IMG/VR virus record: IMGVR_UViG_3300048930_000871
Strand: one strand, 5' to 3'
Length of the DNA stretch: 64,000 nucleotides
Source: an uncultured virus (IMG/VR IMGVR_UViG_3300048930_000871)
Taxonomy: Duplodnaviria > Heunggongvirae > Uroviricota > Caudoviricetes
The notes under the pieces are model-generated. The model saw only the letters and a list, made by a program, of their open reading frames with translations, had not been told where the DNA came from and ran no database searches. A program made the position numbers and the translations under genes. Every line of letters starts with the position of its first letter. The first letter of the stretch is position 1. Of this stretch, positions 59,223 to 64,000 are shown in pieces.

Positions 59223-59589
59223 GATATCTCCTGTTCAGGAATTGCGAGCGGGCAGATTTTCCCATCTGCCTAGCCTGCAACACCACTGTCTTTCCGTTGA
59301 GGCTGCCATCCAGCGATACGTCCGGGCGAGTATCCACTTCGCCGTGTTTTTCACGCCCGGACTTCGCATCGTGACAATCCTTACATAGCGATTGAAGATT
59401 GTCATCTCCGAGACTCCCCCCACGGGCTCTCGGAATAATGTGGTCGACTGTAGTCGCTGGAGTGGTGTAACCTAGCTGAGCGCACGTGCGACAGTTTGGT
59501 TCTTTCAATAACCACTCTCTTCGCCTTCGTACCCACCCAGGATCTGCTTTCAGCAAGTGTGGGATCTTGCGGTTGTAGGTTGACATCAT
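59206..59589 (-). CDS. HNH endonuclease (packaging-associated)
   Basis: EPNCRTC..VDHIIP..GG..NLQSLCKDCH..K. Confidence 0.9.
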   Translation of the reverse strand: MMSTYNRKIPHLLKADPGWVRRRREWLLKEPNCRTCAQLGYTTPATTVDHIIPRARGGSLGDDNLQSLCKDCHDAKSGREKHGEVDTRPDVSLDGSLNGKTVVLQARQMGKSARSQFLNRRYHGKSE

Positions 59590-59983
59590 CCCCTATCCAT
59601 TGTCTGAAGAGACGTGACATCTGGGACATCGCATAGCACTTCTGTGACAAGCACCCGTTGCGAGAACAGTCTCTGAAATCCCCCGCCTCCACATGCCAGA
59701 ATTGCGTTTTGTCTCTACTGTTCCAGGCAAGAATGTGGACTATACCTCCTCGCCCAGCGTGTTCTTCGGCCCAATTTATCTGCGTAGGGCGAACTTTGAT
59801 TCTAGCATTCGGCCCCTTAGCTATCTTCAACTCAACCCAGATGTGCAGATCGTCTTGTCCACGTAGCAAGACATCAGGCCACCCATCGTCTACTGCGTTC
59901 TCCAAGCGGCCTGGATTTAGCCCGACGCGTATCGCGGACCGTCTCACAGATACATAGAACCGCTTTTCATCTAGAGTAGACAT
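59402..59983 (-). CDS. PD-(D/E)xK nuclease (VRR-NUC / resolvase-like)
   Basis: RLEN...GWPDV...WVELK...RPTQ..W...GG; C-terminal ~60 codons overlap HNH. Confidence 0.75.
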   Translation of the reverse strand: MSTLDEKRFYVSVRRSAIRVGLNPGRLENAVDDGWPDVLLRGQDDLHIWVELKIAKGPNARIKVRPTQINWAEEHAGRGGIVHILAWNSRDKTQFWHVEAGDFRDCSRNGCLSQKCYAMSQMSRLFRQWIGDDVNLQPQDPTLAESRSWVGTKAKRVVIERTKLSHVRSARLHHSSDYSRPHYSESPWGESRR

Positions 59984-60143
59984 GTGATATCATTGCATCG
60001 GGGTGGCTGACTAGGCAAGGAGCCAAGTTCTGCCCCTGTAGACCTGTTGCAGGCGCATGGGTGCTATGCAAGTGCGGCATTGGTCGCTAGCCCTGTCTTA
60101 AGGCTACCCTGCACCGTGGCAATAGGGCCATGAAGGAGTTTAG

Positions 60144-60431
60144 GTGATGCCCAGCAATCGTAAACTAGGTCGTTCCAACGTACAGGTGATGTTCCGCATC
60201 ACCCGAGGCCAGCTTGCCGAACTCTACTGCAAGGGCTACTCGGCCGATCAAATGATGACGCATACCCACCACGTTCTGGATGGGTTCGGAATCCCCCCGG
60301 GCAGCAACACCCGCAGCCGACTCTGCGTCGCGTTATGGAATATCAGCCACCGGCCGGGAGTTCCTTCCATCTGCGACATGCTGGCCGAAAAGGAACAGTT
60401 TGACGTGGAGGGCAAGTTCGATGTCTGCTGA
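60144..60431 (+). CDS. hypothetical protein
   Basis: AAGGAG RBS. Confidence 0.65.
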   Translation: MMPSNRKLGRSNVQVMFRITRGQLAELYCKGYSADQMMTHTHHVLDGFGIPPGSNTRSRLCVALWNISHRPGVPSICDMLAEKEQFDVEGKFDVC

Positions 60432-60708
60432 AGTCCTGAAGGCTATCATCGAACTGTTTGAAACGGACAGCGGTTCCCCGTTTCAGCAAGCAGACATTGA
60501 AGAAGCTGATTTCTTGTGGGATCAGCTCAGCAAAGAAGGAAAGGATTTTCTTATCAACCTGTCCCGTGAAGATTTGACGAACGTGGTCATTGGTGAAGTT
60601 CGCCAGCAAGGGAACATCGAGGTCTGCCTATTCAATGGTGGATGGAAAGAGGTCCCAGCTGAAGTCAGTGGCTTTCTGAATTATGTCTTCGAAGGAGCTC
60701 CGCGATGA
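60421..60708 (+). CDS. acidic hypothetical protein
   Basis: GGAGG RBS before ATG 60421. Confidence 0.65.
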   Translation: MSAEVLKAIIELFETDSGSPFQQADIEEADFLWDQLSKEGKDFLINLSREDLTNVVIGEVRQQGNIEVCLFNGGWKEVPAEVSGFLNYVFEGAPR

Positions 60709-60986
60709 GCAAGTTTCTTATGAATCGAGAACATCGCCGGCGCAAGCGGGCGGCGTTCAATCAGGCCGTTCGCCACTACAAGGATCTAAAGCTAGCAATC
60801 TCGAACATGCAGCGTCTGGCCGCTGAATTCGAGGTGGAATACCGAAAGGTGCCTCTTCGCTCCCACGCGAAAAAGGCCGGGGCCATACGCGATTCTCTTG
60901 GTGTTCTACACGAATCCATGTCGGACAGCGAGATGAACGTGGAGAGTATCTTCCACGAGTTCAACATCCTTCCGGAGGAAGTGTGA
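60705..60986 (+). CDS. hypothetical protein
   Basis: AAGGAG RBS; ATGA overlap. Confidence 0.65.
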   Translation: MSKFLMNREHRRRKRAAFNQAVRHYKDLKLAISNMQRLAAEFEVEYRKVPLRSHAKKAGAIRDSLGVLHESMSDSEMNVESIFHEFNILPEEV

Positions 60987-61471
60987 TGTCTAATTATCTG
61001 GACATGTTGTTCTTCTCGGCCATGCTTCTGCTGATATGCGTATTCGGTGGATGCGCCAGCACGCAACCGGCGGATTACGAAATCGCATGTCGGGCCGAGC
61101 AACCGGCTCGAGAAATCGAACGGGCTGCACGCATTCGTCGAGATGCTGCCTCCATCCGAAGAAATATCGCTATCCGGGAACAGCACCCGCTTCCGGATTC
61201 CAGTCAGGAACTGGCCTATAGCCGAAATCTTCTGCGCCTCCTGGAAAATCCAACGGAGGAAGAAACGGCTCAGCGCCTTGCTGACCAGCAAGATCTCTGT
61301 GTCCATCTTCGAGTGGCGGGGGCTGAACGCAGAAATGACAGGGCTTTGCTCGCTGGACTAGCCGTGGGCCTGGGTGCGGCCAGCGACGCCCTGTGGATCA
61401 ACAATATCCAGACGGCACCTCTGCAGACAATTGCCCCCCTGCGGCGTGATAGTTTGCTGGACGCCCGGTGA
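60983..61471 (+). CDS. putative lipoprotein
   Basis: Hydrophobic N-terminus ending VFGG-C. Confidence 0.55.
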   Translation: MMSNYLDMLFFSAMLLLICVFGGCASTQPADYEIACRAEQPAREIERAARIRRDAASIRRNIAIREQHPLPDSSQELAYSRNLLRLLENPTEEETAQRLADQQDLCVHLRVAGAERRNDRALLAGLAVGLGAASDALWINNIQTAPLQTIAPLRRDSLLDAR

Positions 61472-61583
61472 CTGTGCGGCCGGCGCATAGGCCCATGCAG
61501 TGAGCGCATGCCCGACATGTTGCTCTTGCATAACTCCTATGCCACACTGCCATGTGGCAATGGGGCTACGAAGGAGCTAATTC

Positions 61584-61808
61584 GTGTCTAAGCGCAATAA
61601 CTCCATGTTCAAGAGACTTCCGGATCGTTGGTTCGTGGATTTCAACGCCTGGAAGATGGAAGTGTCCAACATCATCCGCCGTCGCACAGGTTTGTCAGCG
61701 GATGATTTTCCAGACTGGAACTATCGCGAAGCATTCGACAATCGTGTCAAGCCCCCGCAGGCGGCCACCCGCGCTATCAACACCTTCAAGAAGGACATGG
61801 GTATATGA
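61584..61808 (+). CDS. small phage protein
   Basis: AAGGAG RBS; GLS.DDFPDWNYR.AF...P..AA motif. Confidence 0.65.
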   Translation: MSKRNNSMFKRLPDRWFVDFNAWKMEVSNIIRRRTGLSADDFPDWNYREAFDNRVKPPQAATRAINTFKKDMGI

Positions 61809-62431
61809 GCGACCAGACCGAAGAGAATGTTGTCACCCTCGCGCTTGCCATCGGCAAAGTCTGGAATGGACACAGCGACGAAGAGGTGGGGCCGGACGTT
61901 ATTCAACTCTGGCAATACATTCTTCGCTGTCTACCTTCCAGGGACTTCGAGTTCCTTTGGGGTCTAAACAGGGAAAAAGGTGGCGCTCTCGACACTCTTA
62001 TCATGGAATCTGTTACCGATGACATGATAGAAGATTCACCTGAACGCTCAGTTATGATAGCGATCGAGCACTACTTCGGTCTATATGAGGAATGGACTTC
62101 CGATAAAAACGATTTCCTGACACAGCTCGTGGAGGCGTGCGGGTATAGACATCCCCTCGGTGGCTACGAGGAATGGGTGTGGATGTTCTGCCACCTGCCA
62201 ATTCGTGAAGATGATCTGGTTCTTCTGCAGGGCTTGTCCCCGGAACAGCTAGAAGTCATCATGCCGGGATCGTCCTACGGCAGCATCGAAAACGATCCGG
62301 ACCTGGCAAAGCTTCTCGATCGGGCTCCCAAGGAAACCTGGGTGGAGTTGGACAAACGTCTGAATCACACCTACGCCCTATTCGAGGAGTTCGTGGCTGA
62401 CCACCCGGAAAACTGGCGCGACCTTCCCTGA
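61805..62431 (+). CDS. acidic hypothetical protein
   Basis: ATGA overlap. Confidence 0.7.
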   Translation: MSDQTEENVVTLALAIGKVWNGHSDEEVGPDVIQLWQYILRCLPSRDFEFLWGLNREKGGALDTLIMESVTDDMIEDSPERSVMIAIEHYFGLYEEWTSDKNDFLTQLVEACGYRHPLGGYEEWVWMFCHLPIREDDLVLLQGLSPEQLEVIMPGSSYGSIENDPDLAKLLDRAPKETWVELDKRLNHTYALFEEFVADHPENWRDLP

Positions 62432-62548
62432 GGCGTGCGGCGGGCGCAAGGCGGGCATGCGGGTCTTGCATGGCTCCTAGGCTGGTCTTGCGCCCACTCT
62501 ACATGGCACAATGCCCCTGGCAATAGGGCCAAGAAAGGGATCATCACC

Positions 62549-63100
62549 GTGCGAAATCCTGTCACCGTTGCGGGCCACCGCAATCGTCTCCGGCAACACC
62601 TTCGCGAACACCCTGTCGCGCAGCGCATTCTTCTTCGAATCCTCAACACTGCTCCTGAATCGCATCTGGTTTCCTATCTGGAGGGTGCCCGCTGCTATTC
62701 TTTCGAAATGCCGGTGTCTGGCATCGAGCAGATGTTATCGTCCGCAATCGCCGTGGTCTCTTCTCCCAACGGGGCCAGCGAATTGCTGTCGATTGTCGTT
62801 CCTCGCACAGCGAAAATGCCGAAGGGAGCGCACGCATCCCTCTACGTGCAAGAGATCAAGCGCCTCATCACCGCTTCTCCCAAGGTACAGGAGCAGATGA
62901 GTCAATTGCTCACCTTCGAAATCATTCCCCCCACCGGTGAACTCGCTGTGTCGCGGTGGGTGCATTGTCGTCAGATATGGTTGGACAGCGAGCATCCCGA
63001 TAAGGATGCGGTGGCTGACTGCCTGCAACTCGCCATTGACCTGGTCGGTGTCTTTGATATGGACCCGTCCGATGTTCGTATCAAGATCCTGGGGGAGTAA
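62549..63100 (+). CDS. hypothetical protein
   Basis: GTG start after the leader motif and AAAGGG. Confidence 0.6.
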   Translation: MRNPVTVAGHRNRLRQHLREHPVAQRILLRILNTAPESHLVSYLEGARCYSFEMPVSGIEQMLSSAIAVVSSPNGASELLSIVVPRTAKMPKGAHASLYVQEIKRLITASPKVQEQMSQLLTFEIIPPTGELAVSRWVHCRQIWLDSEHPDKDAVADCLQLAIDLVGVFDMDPSDVRIKILGE

Positions 63101-63105
63101 AGAAC

Positions 63106-63510
63106 ATGGAAATCCGTAAGCACGCTACGAATGAAGAAGCCCTGGTCGCATGTCATCAAGTCCGGGAGCAACTGATATCATCCGGAATCAAGCATGCCAA
63201 TCGCCTGCGTGAACTCCGCACCGCCAACCTGAACTACGATATTGCGGTGATGAAGGGCGGCGGGATGGGCCTGATTTTCATCAAGGGAGGATCCAGTCTT
63301 CACGGTCAATACAAGTTCGGCCCGCTATGGTCATCCAATATTCATCGCTGTGGGCCGGATCTGGTGAGAAGGTGGAATGGGCACGCCGGCGAAAATCATG
63401 AAGTGGGGCTAGTCAAAATCCAAGAAGCCCTGGCGCAGGAGTGCGTGAAAATACTTACGCTGATGGCTGATCTCGAGAAATCTCGCGAGCGTCTGGAGTC
63501 AAGACAGTGA
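63106..63510 (+). CDS. hypothetical protein
   Basis: GGGGAG RBS. Confidence 0.65.
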   Translation: MEIRKHATNEEALVACHQVREQLISSGIKHANRLRELRTANLNYDIAVMKGGGMGLIFIKGGSSLHGQYKFGPLWSSNIHRCGPDLVRRWNGHAGENHEVGLVKIQEALAQECVKILTLMADLEKSRERLESRQ

Positions 63511-63914
63511 ATCGATCCTCTGCCATTGGCACGAAATTGGCTCAGTTTTCTGTCGGCGATTTCAACCGAGCTCACATCCGGGTGGGCGTGCTTGAGATCT
63601 ATGTTCGCCGAGGCCCGCTATTCCATGATAGGAAGTGGTATAGCGGGTTCACTCTGGCAAGCGTCAGCCTCCACCTTCCTCTCGTGGATGGGCAGCCTCC
63701 TGAAAAGACTGGTCTGCTGCGGCCTGTCTTCGATTGGATGGAACGAAGCAGCTACCAGATGATAAAGGTCGAGAACGTGATATCCCCCCGGATGCTGGAT
63801 ATCGTTCTCCGTAACGGGTGGATGGAACTACCCGCGATGGGTGAACTTTCGGACGTCCGATCCTACGCCAAGGTGCGGCCCGGTGCCCAGGGTGGCACCG
63901 AGCGACCAATTTAG
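63507..63914 (+). CDS. possible GNAT-fold protein
   Basis: LASVSL..KTGL...F...E..IKVENVISP.M..I..RNGW resembles the GNAT layout. Confidence 0.4.
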   Translation: MNRSSAIGTKLAQFSVGDFNRAHIRVGVLEIYVRRGPLFHDRKWYSGFTLASVSLHLPLVDGQPPEKTGLLRPVFDWMERSSYQMIKVENVISPRMLDIVLRNGWMELPAMGELSDVRSYAKVRPGAQGGTERPI

Positions 63915-64000
63915 GGCCTATTTAGAGCCTAGGGGGAGCCCTTTGGGCTTGCGGGCGCCACTGCCCTACCGCCAATGCGCCCAGGGGCTCTGGCGGCCCC

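Larger units (their letters stand above)
60117..62531 (+). promoter_or_regulatory. three copies of a leader motif TGGCAAT(A/G)GGGC(C/T)A (60117, 61555, 62518)
   Basis: Each copy is intergenic and directly upstream of an RBS-like GAAGGAG/GAAAGGG. Confidence 0.7.

Noticed and set aside
1..64000. Prophage/lysogeny module, tRNA genes, introns or inteins
   Set aside because: No integrase, repressor, host genes or cloverleaf was recognised, and PolA, TerL and the helicase are uninterrupted. This is by eye only; tRNAscan was not run.

Overview
The window is most or all of a GC-rich, long-tailed (siphovirus-like) dsDNA phage genome. An Rz/Rz1 spanin pair and an outer-membrane beta-barrel gene indicate a Gram-negative host; an alphaproteobacterial host is only a guess. 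No integrase, repressor, tRNA or CRISPR array was recognised. Layout: (1) a repeat-rich non-coding left end (1-1640) with an origin-like element, then a minus-strand TOPRIM/SF3 primase-helicase. (2) A plus-strand DNA-metabolism and accessory arm (4370-31950): small C5-methyltransferase, SSB-like protein, pentapeptide protein, ligase, dUTPase, PolA, SNF2 helicase, displaced spanins and three exported proteins. (3) A minus-strand late arm (59983-32258): HNH, TerS, TerL, fused protease-capsid, portal, tail, lysis genes and two receptor-binding proteins. (4) A plus-strand block of small genes with repeated leader cassettes (60144-63914). The best candidate for an undescribed system is a thymidine-hypermodification cluster. 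In it, a dUMP-type thymidylate-synthase homologue and a 5-hmdU DNA kinase (aGPT-Pplase1) homologue are paired with a GT-B glycosyltransferase, not the amino-acid:DNA transferase seen in characterised pathways. This suggests a sugar-modified (base-J-like or sugar-phospho) hydroxymethyluracil. Other candidates are a triplicated capsid-anchor/Ig module, an exported-protein triad, and a short basic tag at the ends of unrelated proteins. All calls are by-eye motif recognition; no database searches were run.
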